Virus record (IMG/VR): IMGVR_UViG_3300021375_000025
Location: 5,508-69,507 of that record
Origin: a virus
Direction: 5' to 3' (one strand)
Length of the DNA: 64,000 bases
The position numbers and the translations under genes were made by a program. Under the pieces are notes generated by a model. The model saw only the letters and a list, made by a program, of their open reading frames with translations, was not told the origin of the DNA and searched no databases. This document shows positions 20,855 to 29,063 of this stretch, piece after piece (position 1 is the first letter of the stretch; each line of letters begins with the position of its first letter).

Positions 20855-21211
20855 ATGACAAATCCATTTAAAGATATCGACACGTTTCACACAGCGTGTG
20901 ATCAGGCACCTAGCATTGAAAACTATGCTATGTATCTTGATTTAATTACAGAAGAGTACAACGAACTAAAAGACGCCATTGTAGCAAACGATCGTGTAGA
21001 ACAACTTGATGCACTAGTTGATATCTTAGTTGTAACTATGGGTGCTATTCGTGCAGGCGGCTTTGACGGAGAAGGTGCTTGGAAAGAAGTAATGGATACA
21101 AACTTTGCAAAGATCGATGCAGAGACGGGTAAAGTACGCAAGCGCGAAGACGGAAAAGTACTTAAACCCGAGGGCTGGAAGGCGCCCAAACTTGCACAAT
21201 TTATAAAATAA
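20855..21211 (+). CDS. MazG-like / PRA-PH family NTP pyrophosphohydrolase
   Basis: LITEEYNEL...EQLDALVDILVV...EVMDTNFAK...REDGKVLKP motif set. Confidence 0.85.
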   Translation: MTNPFKDIDTFHTACDQAPSIENYAMYLDLITEEYNELKDAIVANDRVEQLDALVDILVVTMGAIRAGGFDGEGAWKEVMDTNFAKIDAETGKVRKREDGKVLKPEGWKAPKLAQFIK

Positions 21212-21224
21212 ATTAGTATTTTAC

Positions 21225-21253
21225 TTGACTCCTTAGCGTTTATATGTTATTAT
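21225..21253 (+). promoter_or_regulatory. Sigma70-type promoter TTGACT-N17-TATTAT with extended -10 TG
   Basis: TTGACT at 21225-21230, TG at 21245-21246, TATTAT at 21248-21253; intergenic. Confidence 0.7.
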
Positions 21254-21273
21254 ATGTATAAACACTAAGGAGT
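21228..21273 (+). repeat. 17-bp inverted repeat (one mismatch) pairing the promoter spacer with the RBS, followed by a short T run
   Basis: ACTCCTTAGCGTTTATA (21228-21244) versus TATAAACACTAAGGAGT (21257-21273). Confidence 0.85.
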
Positions 21274-21278
21274 TTTCT

Positions 21279-21440
21279 ATGAAAATTACACCACAAACAG
21301 GCAGTATCGGCACAACAGGTGCTTGCGGCATTGCACTAATGATATTACACATAACAGGATATCTAACAGGATGGGCGTGGCCTTTGCTGTATGTATTCTT
21401 AATTCTTTCAGGCGTTGGACAAGAAAATAGGAAAGGCTAA
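21279..21440 (+). CDS. Small two-TM membrane protein (53 aa, MKITPQTGSIGTTGACGIALMILHITGYLTGWAWPLLYVFLIL...)
   Basis: TAAGGAG RBS 6 nt upstream; hydrophobic; not in the ORF track (<60 aa). Confidence 0.75.
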   Translation: MKITPQTGSIGTTGACGIALMILHITGYLTGWAWPLLYVFLILSGVGQENRKG

Positions 21441-21442
21441 CT

Positions 21443-21982
21443 ATGGCTACTCACGGAATGATCGACTTAGAAACACTAGACACAAAGCCTAGTTGTACTG
21501 TACTAAGTTTAGGTGCTATTAAATTCAATCCACTGGATGACAGTGAACCCCATAGTGAACTTTATCTTAAAATTAGTGTTGACGATCAGGATCGCTTAGG
21601 ACGTACTACAAGCGATGATACTATTGCTTGGTGGGCTAAACAAGATCCTAAAGCAATGGAAGAAGCGTTTGATCAAACTGGCGCAGTTACGGTTGAAGAA
21701 GCATTGCGACAGGTAAGCAAATGGAGCGTTGGCGTTGACACTATTTGGGGACAAGGCTACGGCTTTGACTTAACTATTATGGAAGACATGTATCGCATGT
21801 TAGGTGTACCTATTCCGTGGCAGTTTTGGCAGATCAAAGATGCACGTACATTGTTTGGTTGCTGTAAAGTAGACCCACGCAAAGTGCTACAACAAACTGA
21901 TTTGCACAACGCACTAGCAGATGCATACTTCCAAGCAAAAGGTGTGCAATTTGCATACAAAGAATTAGGAGTAACTCGTTGA
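21443..21982 (+). CDS. DnaQ-superfamily 3'-5' exonuclease (DexA/Rv2179c-like)
   Basis: MIDLETL (ExoI), WGQGYGFD (ExoII), HNALADA (ExoIII): DEDDh type. Confidence 0.9.
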   Translation: MATHGMIDLETLDTKPSCTVLSLGAIKFNPLDDSEPHSELYLKISVDDQDRLGRTTSDDTIAWWAKQDPKAMEEAFDQTGAVTVEEALRQVSKWSVGVDTIWGQGYGFDLTIMEDMYRMLGVPIPWQFWQIKDARTLFGCCKVDPRKVLQQTDLHNALADAYFQAKGVQFAYKELGVTR

Positions 21983-22146
21983 TACGCTGGTATGATTATG
22001 TAGCAGCATTTTTAATGGCAGATATTTTAGTAACTACGTTCTTTGTAATTCCATTTGCTGGTGCTATAATTGCATATGCAATGTATGAATACGGTTGGGA
22101 CAGTTATTGTAAATGGAGGTTAAAACAAGAATATGGCGCTGAATAA
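21979..22146 (+). CDS. Small membrane protein (55 aa, MIRWYDYVAAFLMADILV...)
   Basis: TTG start with AGGAG RBS; overlaps both neighbours; hydrophobic. Confidence 0.65.
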   Translation: MIRWYDYVAAFLMADILVTTFFVIPFAGAIIAYAMYEYGWDSYCKWRLKQEYGAE

Positions 22147-22420
22147 ACTACAAGAACTAATGGTTATTACTATGGAAGAGTGCGGAGAGCTTGCACAACA
22201 GTGTAGTAAAACTATCCGCAAGTTCGATACTATTGAACAAGCACTTGAAGACACAGAAGCAGCAGTTCGTAATCGTACTAAACTGCTCGAAGAAGTAGGC
22301 GATGTACAGTGTTTGATTGACTTAATGGTAGAGTGCGGGCTCTTGACAAAAGAAGAAATCAATGCTAGAATAGCTAGTAAACGTGATAAACTTAAAACGT
22401 GGAGCAAGTTGGTTGATTAA
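22133..22420 (+). CDS. MazG-like nucleotide pyrophosphohydrolase
   Basis: EECGEL...LLEEVGDV motif; GGAGG RBS. Confidence 0.8.
   Translation: MALNKLQELMVITMEECGELAQQCSKTIRKFDTIEQALEDTEAAVRNRTKLLEEVGDVQCLIDLMVECGLLTKEEINARIASKRDKLKTWSKLVD
22340..22392 (+). repeat. 53-bp perfect direct repeat, copy 1; contains sigma70 promoter TTGACA-N17-TAGAAT
   Basis: CTCTTGACAAAAGAAGAAATCAATGCTAGAATAGCTAGTAAACGTGATAAACT, identical to 22596-22648. Confidence 0.95.
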
Positions 22421-22602
22421 TGACAACTACTATCGATCTTAACAACATAGGTGAAACACCCGAAGAACGTCGAGAAGCTATAAGGTGGCTTTACACAAAG
22501 TATGGTCCTACTATTCACGGGCGCTGGAAGGTACAAGAGTTGACACATGTTGTGTTCGAAGAAGATAAACACGCAACGTATTTTTGTTTGAGATTCTCTT
22601 GA
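22420..22602 (+). CDS. Small hypothetical protein (60 aa) between the two direct repeats
   Basis: TAATG coupling; ends in the F.E.KHATYFCLRFS pattern common in small phage proteins. Confidence 0.7.
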   Translation: MTTTIDLNNIGETPEERREAIRWLYTKYGPTIHGRWKVQELTHVVFEEDKHATYFCLRFS

Positions 22603-22648
22603 CAAAAGAAGAAATCAATGCTAGAATAGCTAGTAAACGTGATAAACT
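22596..22648 (+). repeat. 53-bp perfect direct repeat, copy 2; contains sigma70 promoter TTGACA-N17-TAGAAT
   Basis: Identical to 22340-22392; TTGACA at 22599-22604, TAGAAT at 22622-22627. Confidence 0.95.
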
Positions 22649-22671
22649 ACAGACTTGGAGCACTTTGATCA

Positions 22672-22821
22672 ATGACGAGAAAGCGTAAGGTTAGTCTACG
22701 AGAAATCATGGAAGACGACAACAGCCCCATGATGGCAGAACTAGTTAAAAAATTCGAACAACAATATGGAGAAGAACTTGAAAGAATTATGGGTAGAGAA
22801 GTATCGTCCGAAAACAGTTGA
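22672..22821 (+). CDS. Possible small acidic protein (49 aa, MTRKRKVSLREIMEDD...) overlapping the clamp loader start
   Basis: Open frame from ATG 22672 to TGA 22821, with a GGAG upstream and normal codon usage. Confidence 0.45.
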   Translation: MTRKRKVSLREIMEDDNSPMMAELVKKFEQQYGEELERIMGREVSSENS

Positions 22822-23695
22822 CGGTTATGTGTTCCGCGATGAAAATCAGCGTGAACAGATCAAAGGTTGGATTGACAGTGGAAGTATTCCACACATCTTG
22901 CTGAGTGGTAGTGCAGGACTAGGTAAAACTACTATTGCTAAGATCCTTATTAATCAACTTGACGTACAAGACACTGACGTTATGGTTGCTAACGGGTCTA
23001 AAGAAGCACGTAAGATTGAATGGGTTGACAAACTTATTACATTCTGTCAAACTATGCCGTTCGGTGACTTTAAAGTTGTGCTGATTGACGAAGCTGACTA
23101 CATGAACATCAACAGTGTGCAACCTGCACTACGTAATTTGATGGAAGACTACAGTCACAGTGTACGCTTTATTCTAACGTGTAACTATCCTAACAAGATT
23201 ATGCCAGCTATACACAGTCGCTGTCAGCACATGCACATTGCTAAGATTGATCAGGTAGAGTTTACGGCACGTATGGCAGAGATCCTGCTTACAGAGAGCG
23301 TACAATTTGATTTAGACACCTTAGATACGTATGTCAAGGCTTACTATCCAGACTTGCGCAAATGTATTAATACAGTACAACTAGAATCGCAGACTGGCAC
23401 ATTAGTTAATAAGAATGCAGATGATGGTTCTAGTGATGACTACAAACTAAAGATGGTTGACTTGTTTAAAGCAGGCAAGATTACAGAAGCACGTAAACTT
23501 ATTTGTAGTCAAGTGTTGCCAGAAGAGATGGATGAAATCTATCGCTGGTTGTATGACAATATCGATGTGTTCGGAAACGAAGAGCAGCAAGACAGTGCTG
23601 TGCTAATTATTAAACAAGGACTGGTGGATCATGCACTTGTTGCAGACCCGGAGATTAACTTAGCGGCGACACTTATTCGCCTAGGACGACTTTAA
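22778..23695 (+). CDS. 44: Clamp loader AAA+ subunit (T4 gp44 / RFC small subunit-like)
   Basis: LWVEKYRP, GSAGLGKTT Walker A, LIDEAD Walker B, SRC motif. Likely TTG start at 22778 with a GGAG RBS (ORF track starts at 22766). Confidence 0.92.
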   Translation: MKELWVEKYRPKTVDGYVFRDENQREQIKGWIDSGSIPHILLSGSAGLGKTTIAKILINQLDVQDTDVMVANGSKEARKIEWVDKLITFCQTMPFGDFKVVLIDEADYMNINSVQPALRNLMEDYSHSVRFILTCNYPNKIMPAIHSRCQHMHIAKIDQVEFTARMAEILLTESVQFDLDTLDTYVKAYYPDLRKCINTVQLESQTGTLVNKNADDGSSDDYKLKMVDLFKAGKITEARKLICSQVLPEEMDEIYRWLYDNIDVFGNEEQQDSAVLIIKQGLVDHALVADPEINLAATLIRLGRL

Positions 23696-23698
23696 TAT

Positions 23699-24046
23699 AT
23701 GACTTATCTAGTAACTGACAACTGTATTAAATGTAAAAATATGGATTGTGTAGAAGTGTGTCCAGTTGACTGCTTTTATGAAGGCGAGAATTTTCTAGTA
23801 ATTAATCCAGACGAGTGCATTGATTGCGGTGTTTGTGTTCCAGAGTGCGGACCCGGGGCAATCTTCTCAGATACTGAATTAGATACTGAAGCAGATAAAT
23901 GGTATGATATTAATCTTAAATATAGTTTGATTTGGCCAGTAATTACTGAAAAGGGCGAAGCGCCTGCAGATGCACTAGAGTGGGAAGGCGTTCCTGATAA
24001 GTACGATAACGGATTAATGAGCGAATTACCCGGCAAAGGAAGTTAA
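23699..24046 (+). CDS. fdxA: 7Fe (3Fe-4S/4Fe-4S) ferredoxin, FdxA type
   Basis: [50 protein letters not shown] is the classic FdI/FdxA sequence pattern. Confidence 0.93.
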   Translation: MTYLVTDNCIKCKNMDCVEVCPVDCFYEGENFLVINPDECIDCGVCVPECGPGAIFSDTELDTEADKWYDINLKYSLIWPVITEKGEAPADALEWEGVPDKYDNGLMSELPGKGS

Positions 24047-24553
24047 ATGATTAAAGCAATACTAGCATGTGATGATTACGGTGGTGTAAGCAAAAACGGC
24101 ACATTGCCGTGGCCCCATAATAGCACAGACTTAAAATGGTTTAAAGAAAATACAGCAGGACACGTTGTTATAATGGGATCTACTACTTGGGAAGATCCGC
24201 ATATGCCATGTCCGTTGCCTAAACGTATAAACGTACTGGCAACTACTCGTCCTGCAGAGTATCCAGGTGCTGACAAATACATTAGTGGTGATCTAAATTT
24301 AAGTGTGCAACGTCTTGCAGAAGAATATCCTAGTCTGATTACTTGGGTTATCGGCGGTCCTAATATTATTGAACAAACACTAGGCGTTATTGACGAGTTT
24401 TATCTAAGTCGTATTCCTGGTGCTTATGCGTGTGACACATTCTTACCGTTAAAGAAGATTGAAAGTTTGTTCGAACGTACTTGGACAGAAGAACACCCCG
24501 GGGTAACTTTTGAGGTTTGGAAGAGAAGGAAGATTAATGAAGCAGTATCTTGA
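24047..24553 (+). CDS. folA: Dihydrofolate reductase
   Basis: GTLPWP...DLKWFK..T.GH.VIMGSTTW...PLPKR.N.L...WVIGG...CDTF. Confidence 0.92.
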   Translation: MIKAILACDDYGGVSKNGTLPWPHNSTDLKWFKENTAGHVVIMGSTTWEDPHMPCPLPKRINVLATTRPAEYPGADKYISGDLNLSVQRLAEEYPSLITWVIGGPNIIEQTLGVIDEFYLSRIPGAYACDTFLPLKKIESLFERTWTEEHPGVTFEVWKRRKINEAVS

Positions 24554-25403
24554 TTCACTACATCACATTTTAATACACGGCAAGGATCGTGATGACAGAA
24601 CAGGCGTAGGCACACGTGGCGTATTTGGGCATCAAATGCGTTTTGACTTGCGTAATGAATTTCCTGCTGTTACTACTAAAAAACTTGCTTGGCGTAGTGT
24701 AGTAAGTGAATTATTATGGTTCTTGGAAGGGTCAAGTGACGAACGTAGACTTGCTGAAATACACTATGGCAAACCTAGAGAAGAACTAGTAGGTAAAACT
24801 ACTATTTGGACTGCAAATGCGGACAAACAAGCAAAGGACTTGGGTTATGTTAACACAGACACTATAAAGGACCTAGGACCTGTGTACGGGCATCAATGGC
24901 GCACTTGGGACGCTGCTCTTGGCTTTGTGGATCAGATTGCAGAAGTGTTAGAAAATATGTATTACGACCCAAACAGTCGTCGACACATCGTAAGTGCTTG
25001 GAATGCTGATAGAGTAAACGTAATGGCGCTACCACCTTGCCATACAATGTTTCAGTTTCATATTCAAGATGGTGAATTGAGCTGTCAATTATATCAACGT
25101 TCAGCAGATATGTTCTTAGGTGTGCCGTTTAATATTGCTAGTTACAGTTTACTCACACATATGTTTGCACAACTACTTGGTCTTAAAGTAGGTGACTTTA
25201 TATGGACAGGCGGCGATTGCCATATCTATAAAAATCACTTCGAACAAGTTCAGCAACAAATTATTAGAACTCCTCAAGCAGGTCCTTCATTAATAATGCC
25301 GGCATTTAGTGACTTAGATGAACTTGTTAAAACTACACCAGACCAATACAAGTTACTTAACTACACTCCGATGGACAGTATTAAGGCACCTATGGCAGTA
25401 TAG
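24537..25403 (+). CDS. thyA: Thymidylate synthase
   Basis: MKQYL start, DRTGVGT, MALPPCH catalytic Cys, YQRSADMFLGVPFNIASY, C-terminal APMAV. Confidence 0.97.
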   Translation: MKQYLDSLHHILIHGKDRDDRTGVGTRGVFGHQMRFDLRNEFPAVTTKKLAWRSVVSELLWFLEGSSDERRLAEIHYGKPREELVGKTTIWTANADKQAKDLGYVNTDTIKDLGPVYGHQWRTWDAALGFVDQIAEVLENMYYDPNSRRHIVSAWNADRVNVMALPPCHTMFQFHIQDGELSCQLYQRSADMFLGVPFNIASYSLLTHMFAQLLGLKVGDFIWTGGDCHIYKNHFEQVQQQIIRTPQAGPSLIMPAFSDLDELVKTTPDQYKLLNYTPMDSIKAPMAV

Positions 25404-25404
25404 T

Positions 25405-25644
25405 ATGTTTGGTCATGGATATTACGGTAGTAAGTTAAACGATCAAGAGCGACACGAAGAAAAGTTTGCTTGGTTGCCAGTGCGTAGTACTTTTAATAAA
25501 AAACGTATATGGTTGACAAAATATTATATTGTACATATTCTATACGATCAAAACGGACGTCCGCCTATCAAAGGCTGGAGTTGGCCTTTAATTTATACTA
25601 AAAACGAATACTTGGTAATGTTGTTGAAAAGAGAAGCAGAATGA
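25405..25644 (+). CDS. Hypothetical protein (KFAWLPV...WL motif)
   Basis: ATG 1 nt after the thyA stop; ATGA overlap with the next gene. Confidence 0.65.
   Translation: MFGHGYYGSKLNDQERHEEKFAWLPVRSTFNKKRIWLTKYYIVHILYDQNGRPPIKGWSWPLIYTKNEYLVMLLKREAE
25513..25541 (+). promoter_or_regulatory. Possible internal sigma70-type promoter TTGACA-N17-TATTCT
   Basis: Perfect -35, 17-nt spacer, 4/6 -10; 100 nt upstream of the dCMP deaminase gene. Confidence 0.4.
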
Positions 25645-26096
25645 AACAAAAGTTTATCGAAGCATATATGGACGTTGCAGAACGTTTTGCACAACTAAGT
25701 TCGGCAAAGCGTTTGCAAGTAGGCGCTATTGTTGTTAAGGATGATCGCATTATCTCTATTGGATATAATGGCATGCCTAGCGGATGGAACAATGTCTGTG
25801 AGGAAAAAGTGTATGATACATCTGCAGAAGCTACATATCAGCTTAAAACTAAACCAGAAGTAATCCATGCTGAATCAAATGCTATTAGTAAACTTGCTCG
25901 TGGTAATGAAAGTGGGCTAGGTGCAACAATGTTTGTTACACATCAGCCTTGCATCGACTGTGCTAAATTAATTTATCAAAGTGGGATAGCCACTGTGTAC
26001 TACAAAAATGCATATCGTAGTACACAGGGCTTAGATTTTCTAAACAAGTCAGGTGTTGAAGTTATTCATCACCATACACTTGAAGAACTGCCTTAA
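25641..26096 (+). CDS. cd: dCMP deaminase
   Basis: VGAIVVK..RIISIGYNG, HAE and PCIDC zinc motifs. Confidence 0.93.
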   Translation: MKQKFIEAYMDVAERFAQLSSAKRLQVGAIVVKDDRIISIGYNGMPSGWNNVCEEKVYDTSAEATYQLKTKPEVIHAESNAISKLARGNESGLGATMFVTHQPCIDCAKLIYQSGIATVYYKNAYRSTQGLDFLNKSGVEVIHHHTLEELP

Positions 26097-26790
26097 CAGC
26101 AGCGTGTCTTTCAATATCTCCTTGATCAAAGTGGACTATGTCCAAGCACGATTGATTACCTGTTTCTAAACGCTTAGTAAAGTCAATTAGTCCGTTGTCT
26201 TTTAAACGGTCTGCTTGATTTAAGTCACCAGTAACAGCCATCATACTACCTTCACCTAAACGTGTAAGCAGCATCTTCATCTGATTTGGTGTTGCGTTTT
26301 GCATTTCGTCTGCTAAAATGAATGAATTTTTAAATGTTCTACCACGCATATATGCTAATGGTGAAATTTCAATAATACCCTCCTGAATCATTCCAGTGAT
26401 CTCAGCAGCACTAAAGTACTCTTTTAATACATCAAAAATAGGTCTCGTCCAAGGCGCCATTTTTTCTTCTAGCGTACCTGGTAAAAATCCTAAATCTTCA
26501 TCTACTGAAACAGCCGGGCGTGTAACAATAATCTTGTCAACAGCACCTTCTTTAAACAGTTTAACAGCAACTTGCACAGCCAATAGAGTTTTGCCCGTTC
26601 CTGCTGGACCGATGCCGAAGACTATGTCCTTTGTTTCGTCGAGCAGTGATAGCACGTAGCTTTCTTGATTTCTATTTCTTGGAAGTATGTTTACCTGTTT
26701 TTTAGGCTTTTGGAATGGTTTAATATCAACTACATTAGTGTAGCCTTTGTTTGAATTGCGCTTTTCAGCAGCTTTTCTTTTAGCACCCAT
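26062..26790 (-). CDS. phoH: PhoH-family ATPase
   Basis: GPAGTGKT, LGFLPG, AYMRGRTF, DEMQN, LTRLG, GDLNQAD, RH motifs. Start ATG at 26790 with AGGAGG RBS; overlaps the dCMP deaminase 3' end convergently. Confidence 0.95.
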   Translation of the reverse strand: MGAKRKAAEKRNSNKGYTNVVDIKPFQKPKKQVNILPRNRNQESYVLSLLDETKDIVFGIGPAGTGKTLLAVQVAVKLFKEGAVDKIIVTRPAVSVDEDLGFLPGTLEEKMAPWTRPIFDVLKEYFSAAEITGMIQEGIIEISPLAYMRGRTFKNSFILADEMQNATPNQMKMLLTRLGEGSMMAVTGDLNQADRLKDNGLIDFTKRLETGNQSCLDIVHFDQGDIERHAAVKAVLQVYGDE

Positions 26791-26864
26791 TAAGTGTCCT
26801 CCTTGGTGGGATAAGTTAGCAAGGACTTTATTTTCCAGTACGGAAAATATCTTCCCTACACAAT

Positions 26865-26872
26865 TACTTATC
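26865..26872 (-). promoter_or_regulatory. T4-like late promoter (GATAAGTA on the minus strand) for phoH
   Basis: TACTTATC on the + strand; divergent from the motif at 26916. Confidence 0.6.
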
Positions 26873-26915
26873 ATCGAGATACTAGAATAAAAATATAACT
26901 TAACTCCTAAACTGC

Positions 26916-26923
26916 GATAAATA
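26916..26923 (+). promoter_or_regulatory. T4-like late promoter (GATAAATA)
   Basis: Intergenic motif upstream of 26952. Confidence 0.7.
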
Positions 26924-26951
26924 AGTATAGTAAAGAGACTGGACTTTAAAT

Positions 26952-27467
26952 ATGCATGACGTTTTAGATATTATTAAAAATGTAGAATCTATCTATGATT
27001 CTAACACTTCCTTCAATGTACTAAAGGACTTTGAACGGGTGCTAGATGAGTTGGATATCTATGTTTACAAAAATTGGAAAGATGGTGAAATTGCCGAAGG
27101 TCCAAAGATTGAAAGACACTGGGTTACTTGCAGCTTCTTTTGGGATGCTGAAAATATGCCGGATCCGATGGGCGGAAAGCGTCTATTAGATTATGACTGT
27201 AAAGTAAAGTACAAAAAAAGTCATATAGTTGAACCACGTAAAATTGAAAAACAAGATGATATTCGTCCGGGTACTAAAAAAGGCAAACTAGACAGACGTC
27301 CAATATGGATTGTTGAAATTCAGATGCCTAAAAAATTAATTGCAGACATTTATACTGGTTATATTGAAGCAGCATTTATTGACCCAACACAATCTCCTGG
27401 ACCTAGTGCAGAAGCACAAGAACAACCTGCAGACATTGCAGCAGAAGCACCAGAGGCAACAGTATAA
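26952..27467 (+). CDS. Hypothetical phage protein
   Basis: 171 aa, normal codon usage, late promoter. Confidence 0.75.
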   Translation: MHDVLDIIKNVESIYDSNTSFNVLKDFERVLDELDIYVYKNWKDGEIAEGPKIERHWVTCSFFWDAENMPDPMGGKRLLDYDCKVKYKKSHIVEPRKIEKQDDIRPGTKKGKLDRRPIWIVEIQMPKKLIADIYTGYIEAAFIDPTQSPGPSAEAQEQPADIAAEAPEATV

Positions 27468-28201
27468 TGAGTTTACAACAATACGATTTAAAAGACTTAG
27501 TAGACAACATCTTAGAAATTGATGGGTACAAAAGTAAAATGGGCGCAGACAAAGATATTGTTACTGTTGCATTTGCTACTAAGACTAAAGAATCAGCAGA
27601 CGATCTAGCTAGTTTCATAGAACGTGGTTATACATTTGTACTAGATGCAGATGCTACATCAGGCGAACAAGCAGACGGTACGTATAAAGTGTTTGTTGAA
27701 ATTGAAAGAGACGAAGCTGTTGGTGAACAGATTATGGAACTTGCTAATGGTTTAGAAAATCTAACTGGAATGGGCGACATTAAGTTTCGCTACTACAAAG
27801 AATTTCGCAGCAAACCTCTAACACTTGAAGAACTCGAAAGCACAATTCCTCTTGAAGCAGACTTATACGGCGTAGACAATGATATACTTAATGACTTATC
27901 AGAGTCAATGAACAATTACACAAACTTTTTTAACAAGAGTATGGTAGAAAATGTAACGATGTGGAGTGATATGCTTACTATTAAAAAAGCATGGGCAGAT
28001 CCAGTTGCATTTAAATTTGTAGACTTTGGCCCTACACAAACAACACTTGATTCCATTGCTGAATCATTTAACCCAAACGATTTTTCTGAAATAATTTTCC
28101 TTTCTAAGTACATTGGCGACTACAACATTACTAAATATGGCAGTAAGCTAACGTTTGAAAACAATGGTCAAACACTTGTACTTGAACGCATTATATTATA
28201 A
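27467..28201 (+). CDS. Hypothetical acidic phage protein
   Basis: 244 aa, TAATG coupling. Confidence 0.75.
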   Translation: MSLQQYDLKDLVDNILEIDGYKSKMGADKDIVTVAFATKTKESADDLASFIERGYTFVLDADATSGEQADGTYKVFVEIERDEAVGEQIMELANGLENLTGMGDIKFRYYKEFRSKPLTLEELESTIPLEADLYGVDNDILNDLSESMNNYTNFFNKSMVENVTMWSDMLTIKKAWADPVAFKFVDFGPTQTTLDSIAESFNPNDFSEIIFLSKYIGDYNITKYGSKLTFENNGQTLVLERIIL

Positions 28202-28211
28202 AGGATAGAAA

Positions 28212-29060
28212 ATGGCAGCTGAAGATTTTGAATTTGAATTCACCGAAGAAATGGTGATTGAAATGCTTCGTGGAAACGAAGAAGCAGAAGATTGGTACGA
28301 TGCAATGTGTGAAATTCTTCCACTATGGGAAATGGACACACCTGAGCGTGTAGCAATGTTTATCGCACAATGTGGACACGAATCAAACAACTTTAAAGTA
28401 CTATCAGAGAACTTAAACTACAGTGCTAAAGCACTCGATAGCTTGTTTTCAAAATACTTTTCTAAAGTAGGTAGAGATGCACAAGAATATCACAGACAAC
28501 CTCGCAAAATTGCAAATGTTATTTACGCAAATCGTATGGACAACGGCGACACAGAAAGCGGTGATGGCTGGACTTTCCGCGGAGGCGGCATACTTCAACT
28601 TACTGGACGTTACAACTACACCAAGTTCGCAGAAGAAATGGAAATGTCACCAGAAGAAGCAGTAGAATATGTACGCACTAAAAAAGGCGCACTAGACTCA
28701 GCTTGTTGGTTCTGGGATACAAACAATCTAAATAAGTATGCAGATGCATGTGACGTTAAAGGTGCTACAAAGCGCATTAACGGTGGTTACATTGGTCTCG
28801 AGGATCGTGAAAAGCACTACAAACACGCTATGGAGATACTTGGTGGTGATTGGGAACCAGCAGCAATTGTATACGAAACAGTACGTGTAGGTTCACGTGG
28901 ACCAACTGTAATGGCTGTACAAGAAGAATTAGAAATCGGTGCAGACGGCGTCTTTGGTAAAGGCACAGAAGCACACGTAAAGGCTTGGCAGGAAGAAAAC
29001 GGACTAACACCGGACGGTATTATGGGACCTGCAAGTCTAAAACTTATGTTTGAGGGCTAA
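28212..29060 (+). CDS. Endolysin: GH19 (chitinase-like) lysozyme with a C-terminal peptidoglycan-binding domain
   Basis: F.AQCGHES, ENLNYSA, GDGWTFRGGGILQLTGRYNY, TKRINGGYIGLEDR; C-terminal GSRGP.V...Q..L...ADGVFG..T...VKAWQ..NGL.PDGI.GP. Confidence 0.92.
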   Translation: MAAEDFEFEFTEEMVIEMLRGNEEAEDWYDAMCEILPLWEMDTPERVAMFIAQCGHESNNFKVLSENLNYSAKALDSLFSKYFSKVGRDAQEYHRQPRKIANVIYANRMDNGDTESGDGWTFRGGGILQLTGRYNYTKFAEEMEMSPEEAVEYVRTKKGALDSACWFWDTNNLNKYADACDVKGATKRINGGYIGLEDREKHYKHAMEILGGDWEPAAIVYETVRVGSRGPTVMAVQEELEIGADGVFGKGTEAHVKAWQEENGLTPDGIMGPASLKLMFEG

Positions 29061-29063
29061 ATT

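Noticed and set aside
22340-22680. Direct repeat pair as a DGR template/variable repeat
   Set aside because: The core is identical, the flanking differences are not confined to adenines, and no reverse transcriptase is present in the window.
24510-26874. ORF-track starts at 24510 (thyA), 25318 and 26874 (phoH); likewise 34467, 57188 and 58460
   Set aside because: These are upstream in-frame extensions; RBS position, gene coupling and family N-termini favour 24537, 25405, 26790, 34482, 57221 and 58472.
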